From the UHGV virus genome UHGV-1362809: a stretch of DNA of 64,000 nt; one strand, 5' to 3'. Origin of the DNA: a virus. The notes below the pieces were generated by a model. That model was given only the letters and a program-made list of their open reading frames with translations. It searched no databases and was not told the DNA's origin. Shown here piece after piece: positions 16,946 to 24,126 of the stretch (its first letter is position 1; every line of letters begins with the position of its first letter). The translations under genes were made by a program, and so were the position numbers.

Positions 16946-17358
16946 GTTATTGTTTTTTTTTAGTCTTGTTAGATACAATGCGAGTTTGGGCTCCTTTCAG
17001 TTGACGGAATGAGTGCTAGTATAATGTGGTTGCGATGCTGGTAAGACAGCGGTCCAGACTCTGTTTTCATTGTATAACGTTGTTTAATTATACCGTCCTC
17101 ATTCCGTCAGACCTGTAATGTAAGTACCTCCACGTGGTACAGGTTGGGTGCCTATTTTTAGGTAGCTAAAACTTACACACTCTTCTTTAAGTTGGTTAGA
17201 ACACCTGCTGGTTTACTTTGTGTTTGTCAGCAGGTTGACTGGTTGAAAGAACTGCCTCCTCGTGGCACCAGTCGGGTAGTGTGTTTTACACACGAGCTAA
17301 AAGTTCAAGCTTCAGACTGACGAGTCTGAATGATGATTGGATGATGAGTATATTATAG

Positions 17359-17441
17359 TGTTGCACGCCAAAGTGGAGAGTTGGCTGTTTCTAGATAAAC
17401 AGGGAAGCAATTCCTAATAGGTTCGATTCCTATTGCAACAT
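17359..17441 (+). ncRNA. type-II tRNA-like element, copy 1 (no encoded CCA, non-canonical anticodon loop)
   Basis: Acceptor tgttgca/tgcaaca, D-arm ccaa-agtggagag-ttgg, anticodon stem ctgttt/aaacag with 6-nt loop ctagat, variable hairpin ggaa-gcaa-ttcc, T-arm atagg-ttcgatt-cctat. Confidence 0.4.
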
Positions 17442-17447
17442 TATATC

Positions 17448-17528
17448 GAGTGCATTCCGTAGAGGTGAGACGGCTGTTTCTGAATAAACAGGGAAGCAAT
17501 TCCTAATAGGTTAAACCCTATCACACTC
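17448..17528 (+). ncRNA. type-II tRNA-like element, copy 2 (degenerate acceptor)
   Basis: Repeat of the previous element (ggctgtttctgaataaacagggaagcaattcctaatagg...), with only 5 of 7 acceptor pairs and a ttaaacc T-loop. Confidence 0.3.
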
Positions 17529-17805
17529 ACACCTTAGCTTCGAGGTCACCAAAGAGCAGTCGCACGACTTTAAACAGGGTATTTGCTTGATTCACCTAAG
17601 GAATGTAAATCAAGCGGTGGGTGTTTGACTACCATAAATCAACACAGCGTTTGTTGGCTATATATGCACGCACGTAGATAGTGATAAGATTACCGATGGG
17701 CAAGTGGTGATTGCTTTGTATGATTCGTAAATTCATACAGGGGTACTGACATACAGCCCCTTAACCGATGACATAGCAATATGATTGTCGTGTATGTCAA
17801 TTATT

Positions 17806-17839
17806 GGAGCGTTGGTAGAATGGTTATTACAACGGATTG
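17806..17839 (+). tRNA. tRNA-Ser 5' exon (acceptor, D-arm, 5' anticodon stem)
   Basis: ggagcgt (acceptor 5'), U8, 3-bp D-stem gta/tac with gaatggttat loop, acgga anticodon stem 5' strand. The complementary strands lie ~700 nt downstream. Confidence 0.6.
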
Positions 17840-18529
17840 AAAAGACTATGGGAAAATCTAAATTTATCTGTACTTATTGCGGTAAGGATTGTAAAAATTT
17901 AGGTGGACTTAATTGTCACGTCCCCTACTGTAAATTATAAAAATAGGGTGCCGAGACCCAGAAGCCCTTTAGCCCGCAGTAGAAAAGGTTGTATTCCTTG
18001 GAATAAGGGTTTAACAATGGCTACTTCTAAAATTGTTAAACGAGGGAGAGATAAACGGGTTAAACTTTATAGGGAAGGAATAATTGTTGGCTCTTTTACA
18101 GGTAGGCATCATACCGCCAAAACTAAAAGAAAAATGTCGAAAATTTGTAAACAAAGGCATTTAGATGGTTGGGATAATAAGGCAGGACGGTGTAAAAAGT
18201 ACAAGTATAAAAGTAAGTATGCTGGCTTAGTTACTTTAGACGGTACTTGGGAATTAGCTGTCGCACAATATTTAGACAAAAATGATATTCCTTGGAAGAG
18301 ACCTAATAAACGTTTTCCCTATAGATTTAGAGGAAAAAGTCGTACTTATAAACCCGACTTCTATTTAACTAAAAGGAGAACCTATATTGAAGTTAAAGGT
18401 TATCAAACATTAATGGATAGAGCTAAATGGAGAGATTTTCCTTATAGACTTCAAGTATGGAAAGCAGATAAACTTATTAAATTAGGCATTTTATAGTTGA
18501 ATGTTTAAATTGAAGTAGAGGATAGATTA
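17840..18529 (+). mobile_element. intervening sequence in tRNA-Ser: candidate group-I intron carrying an endonuclease ORF
   Basis: Separates complementary tRNA halves (7/7 acceptor pairs, 5/5 anticodon-stem pairs); contains the 197-aa nuclease ORF. Confidence 0.5.
17903..18496 (+). CDS. putative PD-(D/E)xK-type endonuclease within the tRNA intervening sequence (homing-endonuclease candidate)
   Basis: 197 aa with GTG start. C-terminal block RTYKPDFYL...RTYIEVKGY resembles a restriction-endonuclease-like fold (D...EVK). A 30-aa CxxC...CxxxxC ORF at 17848-17938 overlaps the 5' end in another frame, suggesting a frameshifted zinc-finger N-terminus. Confidence 0.5.
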   Translation: MDLIVTSPTVNYKNRVPRPRSPLARSRKGCIPWNKGLTMATSKIVKRGRDKRVKLYREGIIVGSFTGRHHTAKTKRKMSKICKQRHLDGWDNKAGRCKKYKYKSKYAGLVTLDGTWELAVAQYLDKNDIPWKRPNKRFPYRFRGKSRTYKPDFYLTKRRTYIEVKGYQTLMDRAKWRDFPYRLQVWKADKLIKLGIL

Positions 18530-18581
18530 CTAATCCGTCGTCCGAAAGGATGTGTGGGTTCGAGTCCTACACGCTCCGCCA
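18530..18581 (+). tRNA. tRNA-Ser 3' exon (3' anticodon stem, long variable arm, T-arm, acceptor 3', G73, CCA)
   Basis: tccgt; variable arm cgtccgaaaggatg; T-arm gtggg-ttcgagt-cctac; acgctcc pairs 7/7 with ggagcgt at 17806; discriminator G and CCA; matches tRNA-Ser architecture. Confidence 0.6.
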
Positions 18582-18914
18582 TATTACCTTTGGATTCATT
18601 TAAGGTCTGGTTATAGTTGGGTTGGTCCCCAACTTGGTACTAGATAAAGGCTGACATAAATCAGTATTGATATGTCCGTTGGTTGAAAGATTCCCGTTGT
18701 GATGACTGGAGTCGCCTTGATTGAGTCAATATATTGTGATTCTGTGTTTAAGGAATACAGCGTGGAAGCGTATGCCGCTATGCAACGACCTGTGGACAAC
18801 GAAAAGTGCCTTAAAGAGGATTAGTAAGTGCTGATGGTTTGGTAATTTGCACTTGGGAGTACTTTGTACGAGCAAACAACTGCCTATAAAAATTACCTGC
18901 AATTTTGACTATTT

Positions 18915-18991
18915 GGTGTCGTAGCTCAACGGGATAGAGCATAAGACTTCTAATCTTAAGGTTGGGCGTTCGAGTCGCCCCGACATCACCA
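18915..18991 (+). tRNA. tRNA-Arg (UCU), CCA encoded
   Basis: Acceptor ggtgtcg/cgacatc, D-arm gctc-aacgggata-gagc, anticodon stem taaga/tctta with loop cttctaa (UCU), T-arm gggcg-ttcgagt-cgccc, discriminator A plus cca. Confidence 0.8.
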
Positions 18992-19319
18992 AAAATTGGG
19001 TTGGCTACGTTAGCTCCCAAGTCATCAAAACGTGGCTATGTACTTGGTCAACGGGCATCAAGTAGGCTATGGTATGACGTGCCTTTACATACTCCTAATG
19101 CAATAATGGTGACTGTTGCGGGTCCGTCGTTAGGACCGTCTTCACAGGTAGCGCTGTAAACGACTATGGTAGAGAACTGCCCGTGATTTGACATCCAATA
19201 ATAGTACGTTAAGCTGTTAGTGCATTGTGTAATGCAGTGCAATAGTACAGGAGGGATGTTTTTTCTTTTCTTCCTCAGTTAGCTCTTTATAGTTTTCGGT
19301 TCCTGTGAAAAACTAATAT

Positions 19320-19402
19320 GCCCTTATGGTGAAATTGGTAGACACGCAAGATTAAGGTTCTTGTGCGAAAGCATCTCCGTTCGAGTCGGAGTAGGGGCAC
19401 CA
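19320..19402 (+). tRNA. type-II tRNA-Leu (anticodon loop ttaaggt read as AAG; possibly UAA), CCA encoded
   Basis: Acceptor gccctta/taggggc, 3-bp D-stem gtg/cac with 11-nt D-loop, anticodon stem caaga/tcttg, long variable arm gtgcgaaagcat, T-arm ctccg-ttcgagt-cggag, A73, cca. Confidence 0.6.
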
Positions 19403-19516
19403 TATTTATGGGGGCTCTGGTGAGTCTGAAACTTTAATTGTTGAACTCGAGCAACAAACTGTGACGACAAGATAACGGTTTTAATATTTGACCCAGATAA
19501 AGACCGACCCCACCGA

Positions 19517-19558
19517 TGCTCCTTATAGGTAGTTAGACAGTTCGATTCTGTCAAGGAG
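19517..19558 (+). ncRNA. second tRNA-like minihelix (acceptor-like stem plus T-arm only)
   Basis: gctcctt...acag-ttcgatt-ctgt...aaggagc. Confidence 0.35.
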
Positions 19559-19646
19559 CCTATTATACAGTTGCATAAAGCACCTGTTATAATGGTTAGA
19601 GGTGCGGTTATCCAAACCTATGCACCGATGTTTCTAACTCTAGTAA

Positions 19647-20015
19647 ATGAGGCATAGCATGTTATTAAAACAAGCTTCTTACAAAGTAACGATGCCCAAA
19701 AGCTTTGAGGACTTGTACTTCAAAGAGGAAATCGTAAACTTTATTGACGCACAAATCAGAGATTGGAAAAGAACTAATGGTAGCATTCCTTTCTCCGCCT
19801 TAGCACTTTTCGGTAAATCTAAGTTTAAAGATTGGTGTGACATTCCTTTGGACAAGATTTACCAATACAATCTCGAACGATATGATGGTGATTCAATAAA
19901 GGCGCAAAGGCAGTCGGGTATTGACGTTGGACATTTGTTGAAGTGGCGTTGTTCCCAGTACCCTGCAAACATTCTCGTGCAGCATGGGTATTTTACCTCC
20001 TATCAGTTTATTTAA
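19647..20015 (+). CDS. hypothetical protein (122 aa)
   Basis: First ORF after the RNA region. Confidence 0.5.
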   Translation: MRHSMLLKQASYKVTMPKSFEDLYFKEEIVNFIDAQIRDWKRTNGSIPFSALALFGKSKFKDWCDIPLDKIYQYNLERYDGDSIKAQRQSGIDVGHLLKWRCSQYPANILVQHGYFTSYQFI

Positions 20016-20038
20016 CCTCCTTTATAAACTGATGTTTA

Positions 20039-20076
20039 CCCCTACTTGTAGAAATACGGTAGGGGGTATTTTTTTG
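20039..20076 (+). terminator. rho-independent terminator
   Basis: cccctac-ttgtagaaatacg-gtagggg followed by gtattttttt. Confidence 0.7.
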
Positions 20077-20077
20077 T

Positions 20078-20106
20078 TTGACATTCATCCTCAAGTGTGA
20101 TATTTA
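20078..20106 (+). promoter_or_regulatory. sigma70-like promoter
   Basis: ttgaca, 17-nt spacer, tattta, immediately after the terminator. Confidence 0.5.
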
Positions 20107-20146
20107 TAAAAAATGGTTGGTTGTCATATTTAATAAGGAGGTAATT

Positions 20147-20794
20147 ATGGCATTTACAGCAGCACAAAGTAGAGCATTGGTCGATACCTTATATCAGCCT
20201 ATGATTAAGGTTTTTGACAAAATTATGCAACAAGTACACGAACGTACATCCAAAGGAGGCGACTTCGGTGAATACGATTGTGAAGTCCGAGACTGTATTA
20301 ATTTGTACAAGTTGGTAAAGAAGTTTGATAATCTCCAACACGATGCACAGGAAATCGCCAATGAAATTGATAGTTGTTATCAGGCTATTATGTGGCAGGA
20401 TTGTAATGAAACGGTTTATGGAGATGCTCCTTCCGATAGCATCACCAATGAACTGAGAACCTTTTTGCCTCGTGCCCGTAATACTTTTATAGCGATTGTG
20501 GCTATCAACGCACTTACGGAGTTGAGTATAAACCAACAAAGAATGTACGCTATCCTCGATAGTGAAATTGAACGGGTAAAATCCCCAGTTTTGAAAGTTT
20601 CGTTGAGTCGTGTATGTCTGGACGAAGCATCAATCGACTCCAGTATCCTATTGTTGAATGACATCATCAAACAGTTTGGAGAAGATAAGGTGTTGGTTAA
20701 AAAATTGTCCACGGTTTTGAAATGGTTAGAAGACTATCGAAAAGGTGCAAATTCTAAGGCAAAAATGCCTGTTGCACTACCATGTTTTATTTAA
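20147..20794 (+). CDS. hypothetical protein (215 aa)
   Basis: ATG 20147 after aataaggaggtaatt. Confidence 0.55.
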   Translation: MAFTAAQSRALVDTLYQPMIKVFDKIMQQVHERTSKGGDFGEYDCEVRDCINLYKLVKKFDNLQHDAQEIANEIDSCYQAIMWQDCNETVYGDAPSDSITNELRTFLPRARNTFIAIVAINALTELSINQQRMYAILDSEIERVKSPVLKVSLSRVCLDEASIDSSILLLNDIIKQFGEDKVLVKKLSTVLKWLEDYRKGANSKAKMPVALPCFI

Positions 20795-20805
20795 GGAGAA
20801 AGAGT

Positions 20806-21330
20806 ATGGAAGAATCAAGAGCTAAATTGTGTCCTATTGTGGGACAAGTGTGGTCAGACGGTACAAATTGCTTTGTAATTACGCACGAAGAAGACGGGGA
20901 CTATGATATTTTGTGGTCCAATGGTGTTACCGAACGTGAATTACCCGATATGCGGGATTATTATTTGGCAGGTGAGTATCGTACTATTAAAGACGCTATT
21001 GCCTCTCCAGATTTTGCACTTCCACCTTCTCGTGGTGAACGTATTATGCAGTGTGCAAGTATGTTGGTGCGGGCGGGCAACAAATTAAACAGGGCTGTCG
21101 GTATGAAGGAAAAATCCCTTGCATTAGGGGATATACTTACTGTAGACTTGGCTTTAGAAATCCAACCCAATATGACTGCTGAGCAGTTGAGGAACATAGT
21201 GTCCAACGGGTTTAATTTGATTAACAAGCTGGACATAGCAGCTCATAATATTAAATCCAATTGCGACGACGAGTGGAAAAAGACTGCTGTTATTTCGCTT
21301 GACCGCTTAGCGTCTATTGACAGCGAGTAA
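20806..21330 (+). CDS. hypothetical protein (174 aa)
   Basis: ATG 20806 after ttaaggagaaagagt. Confidence 0.55.
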   Translation: MEESRAKLCPIVGQVWSDGTNCFVITHEEDGDYDILWSNGVTERELPDMRDYYLAGEYRTIKDAIASPDFALPPSRGERIMQCASMLVRAGNKLNRAVGMKEKSLALGDILTVDLALEIQPNMTAEQLRNIVSNGFNLINKLDIAAHNIKSNCDDEWKKTAVISLDRLASIDSE

Positions 21331-21361
21331 AAACGGTTAATGTTTGTTGGGGAGGGAACAG

Positions 21362-21715
21362 ATGAGAGTAAACATATCCAAAGTGATGAAGATGATACAG
21401 TATGAAGACCCAGAAAATATAAGTGGGTTGACACTACCTATTACCGCCGAACAGCTGGACAGTGTTGAAGAGATACATTTTGTTCCTATCTTGCAACGCA
21501 CAGACGATTATGACTTGAGACGTGTAAAATACTTTGTAAATCACCCAGAGGAAATTAACAATTTGGAGTTAGAATTTGATGATGTCGTGTTAGTTGTAAA
21601 TGATGGTAACCATCGACTTATGGCTGCCTTGTATTTGGGTATGACAAGTATTGACGCAGAATTGTACGGGTGCGTTGATTATGCCTATTTGATTGAGGAG
21701 AACACGAATGCTTAA
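21362..21715 (+). CDS. hypothetical protein (117 aa)
   Basis: ATG 21362 after ggggaggg. Confidence 0.5.
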   Translation: MRVNISKVMKMIQYEDPENISGLTLPITAEQLDSVEEIHFVPILQRTDDYDLRRVKYFVNHPEEINNLELEFDDVVLVVNDGNHRLMAALYLGMTSIDAELYGCVDYAYLIEENTNA

Positions 21716-22358
21716 AAAGCTTAAGACCATATTTGAAATTAGTGCAGGGGTTATTTTCGTATTAGCTATAGGTGCTTATTTCGCCTTAGACTATTACGAA
21801 AAAGAAATGCAAAAGGAAGCCGCTCGTATGGAGAAGGAGATGTTTCCATACAAAGAAACAGCGTGCAGTATTAACCACGCTAATGTTGTGGCATACAAAA
21901 CTGGTATGGAAGCCTTGTGGGTAGTAAAAAATCTCAACCCATGGAAACAGTTTTCGTTTGGTTATTTGTTTAGTATGACAGCTACTGACGATGCACAAGA
22001 ATTGCTTCCTAAGTTTGCTTTTGAAGGGTTTAACAATGGTCTTATCACAGCCGAGGTTGCTACCCTTGGGGAAGACGATACGGATATGGTTTGTGAAATG
22101 ACATTGTCTATGTCTGAAGACTTTATGTCAACTATCAAAATTCCCAGTTTGTACAAACGAGTAGCTGAAGAAATGGATTCTGACTCTATGTATGCGGCTA
22201 ACACTACCTACGGGTTTGATTGGGGTAGCGTTGACTTACAGGAAAAACAGATGTTTTGGATGGTATTTCATGAACGGTTAGCCTCCCCGTTTAAATACAA
22301 AGTTTCAACAATTACAGGTCAGATTTCCGATGTGGAAACTCCTGACTTGACAGATTAA
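21708..22358 (+). CDS. membrane-anchored hypothetical protein (216 aa)
   Basis: ATG 21708 after gaggag; N-terminal TM helix IFEISAGVIFVLAIGAYFAL. Confidence 0.5.
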   Translation: MLKKLKTIFEISAGVIFVLAIGAYFALDYYEKEMQKEAARMEKEMFPYKETACSINHANVVAYKTGMEALWVVKNLNPWKQFSFGYLFSMTATDDAQELLPKFAFEGFNNGLITAEVATLGEDDTDMVCEMTLSMSEDFMSTIKIPSLYKRVAEEMDSDSMYAANTTYGFDWGSVDLQEKQMFWMVFHERLASPFKYKVSTITGQISDVETPDLTD

Positions 22359-22368
22359 GGAGAATTAA

Positions 22369-22845
22369 ATGTATACACTAAGAAAGCGACTGAAAGACGC
22401 ATGTATTGCGCACTGGTTGGGAAAGGATTATCCGAAGGCGTGCAAACACGTTCACGGGCACAATTACAGTTTTGAAATTGAAGTTAAAGGGGAACAGCTT
22501 AATCAGTATGACATGCTGATTGACTTTGGCGATATCAAAAAAGTGTGTGACGATTGGATTCAAACAAATTGGGACCACCATTTGTTGGTTTCTCAGCATC
22601 AGTATGACAATACACCATTCTTAAAGGAGTCGATGTTTGACCTGTACAAGATGCCTGGCGACGTCAATACTACGGCTGAAAATATGTCTAAATTCTTGTG
22701 TGAGTTGTTTACGAGTGAATTGGTAAAGCTTAATCCTTCGATTACACGGGTGTCAGTATCCGTGTGGGAGACTTCTGATTCAGTAGCCCAGTTTACTATT
22801 GCACGAGGACCATCTATAATAGCGACAATACCTTTCAGAATGTAA
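22369..22845 (+). CDS. queD: 6-carboxy-5,6,7,8-tetrahydropterin synthase-like (QueD/PTPS family)
   Basis: 158 aa; catalytic zinc/active-site motif CKHVHGHNYSFEIEV (C-x3-HGH); RBS ttaaggagaattaa-ATG. Confidence 0.8.
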   Translation: MYTLRKRLKDACIAHWLGKDYPKACKHVHGHNYSFEIEVKGEQLNQYDMLIDFGDIKKVCDDWIQTNWDHHLLVSQHQYDNTPFLKESMFDLYKMPGDVNTTAENMSKFLCELFTSELVKLNPSITRVSVSVWETSDSVAQFTIARGPSIIATIPFRM

Positions 22846-22860
22846 AATATGACAATATAC

Positions 22861-22896
22861 GGGGTGGAGGTATGTATTACTTTCCACCCTTTTTAT
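22861..22896 (+). terminator. rho-independent terminator
   Basis: gggtggag...ttccaccc followed by tttttat. Confidence 0.65.
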
Positions 22897-22907
22897 CGTA
22901 GGACAAC

Positions 22908-23336
22908 ATGACAAGAATAAATGCAGTACCCGTTGAAGAACTATCCGACCAACATTTAATTCGGGAGTACAATGAATTGCCCCGTTGTATCAAACAGCCT
23001 CTTAACATAAAGGACGCTCCTGATACTTATACCCTTGGCACAGGACACATGAAATGGGGTCGTAAACACTGGCACTTGCTACTTAAACGTTATGGACAGC
23101 TGTGTAAGGAACTTAAATATAGAGGTTTTAACACAAACTACACTGCCAAGTCTTTAAAGGATTTTTGGTACGCCACCTACCCAGATATTCCCTTAGTTAG
23201 ATATCGTTTTACTGAACAAGATATAAAGGTTAGTCGGCAACGTTTAAAAGAAAAAATTGCACTCAAACCAAATTGGTATCGTTGGACACTTCGACCTGTT
23301 CCTAAATATGCGCAACGATTGAAAAAGTGTGTCTGA
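22908..23336 (+). CDS. denV: pyrimidine-dimer DNA glycosylase (T4 endonuclease V/DenV-like)
   Basis: MTRINAVPVEELSDQHLIREYNELPRC is near-identical in pattern to the T4 DenV N-terminus ([27 protein letters not shown]); RGFN and WY motifs further on. Confidence 0.85.
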   Translation: MTRINAVPVEELSDQHLIREYNELPRCIKQPLNIKDAPDTYTLGTGHMKWGRKHWHLLLKRYGQLCKELKYRGFNTNYTAKSLKDFWYATYPDIPLVRYRFTEQDIKVSRQRLKEKIALKPNWYRWTLRPVPKYAQRLKKCV

Positions 23337-23499
23337 AATATGCCTGAAATGTGCAAATACAAATATTGTAAATAATGATAGTTTTGTATTGACAAATCAG
23401 TTCGGATATGATACTATTATACACAATCGAATGTTGGGTTTGTATCAACATAGGATAGCTTTCAATAATTTAATGACGATTGGGCTATTAAGTAATCTA

Positions 23500-23551
23500 A
23501 CACCTTGCTTAATGATTCATTCGTCGAGTTATTGAGCAAGGTGTTTTTTTG
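23500..23551 (+). terminator. rho-independent terminator
   Basis: acaccttgcttaat...attgagcaaggtgt 14-bp stem followed by ttttttt. Confidence 0.7.
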
Positions 23552-23566
23552 TTACAGGAGGTTTTA

Positions 23567-24124
23567 ATGAAAAAGCTCAAATACAAAACGTTGAAAAAGA
23601 TATTGGACAAGTATTTGACCGTTAATAAATACGGTACGGAAGACTTGTTGAAAAAGGTTGCCGACCCGAAGACTCACGACGACATTGTAAAGGCAGCTCG
23701 TAATGTTGCGAAAACAATGGGCTGGGGTTCTGAATTTGAACAGGCGTTGCCCTGCGTAGAGAAAGGTGATTTTACGACCTACAAAAAAGCAAGCCGCAAT
23801 GTGATTTCTACGTTTAAAAGTTTGTTACGGCGTACTAACGAGGGGCTTATAACGATTCATGCCTATAAACCCAAAAGCAGACTTGTTTATGATATATACT
23901 TGGGGAAGGGTGACGTGTCGAATGACTACATTGTATTGACTAAACAGGTATTGAAAAAAGCTATCAAGCTGTACAATAAAATGCTTAAGCGGACGGGTTT
24001 GACGTCACTGCCTGGTTCTGAACAAGCCTTGATAGAAATTTTTGACCTGTGCAAAACTAAAAAGAAAGAGCAGCAACTGATTTCCGCTGTAATTGCTACA
24101 ATCCACACCTTTAAGGAGAACTAA
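23567..24124 (+). CDS. hypothetical protein (185 aa)
   Basis: ATG 23567 after acaggaggtttta. Confidence 0.55.
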   Translation: MKKLKYKTLKKILDKYLTVNKYGTEDLLKKVADPKTHDDIVKAARNVAKTMGWGSEFEQALPCVEKGDFTTYKKASRNVISTFKSLLRRTNEGLITIHAYKPKSRLVYDIYLGKGDVSNDYIVLTKQVLKKAIKLYNKMLKRTGLTSLPGSEQALIEIFDLCKTKKKEQQLISAVIATIHTFKEN

Positions 24125-24126
24125 AG

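Noticed and set aside
18962-19242. ORFs of 64-65 aa on both strands between tRNA-Arg and tRNA-Leu
   Set aside because: They lie in the RNA-gene cluster, have no RBS and their composition is not protein-like. They are probably non-coding.
16200-19650. tmRNA or CRISPR array in the non-coding region
   Set aside because: No tag-peptide reading frame ending in ...AA-stop with a tRNA-Ala-like acceptor. No regularly spaced direct repeats.
23329-23535. 68-aa ORF downstream of denV
   Set aside because: It runs through the 14-bp terminator stem and has no RBS. The region is better explained as an intergenic terminator plus the ATTGTAAATAA motif.
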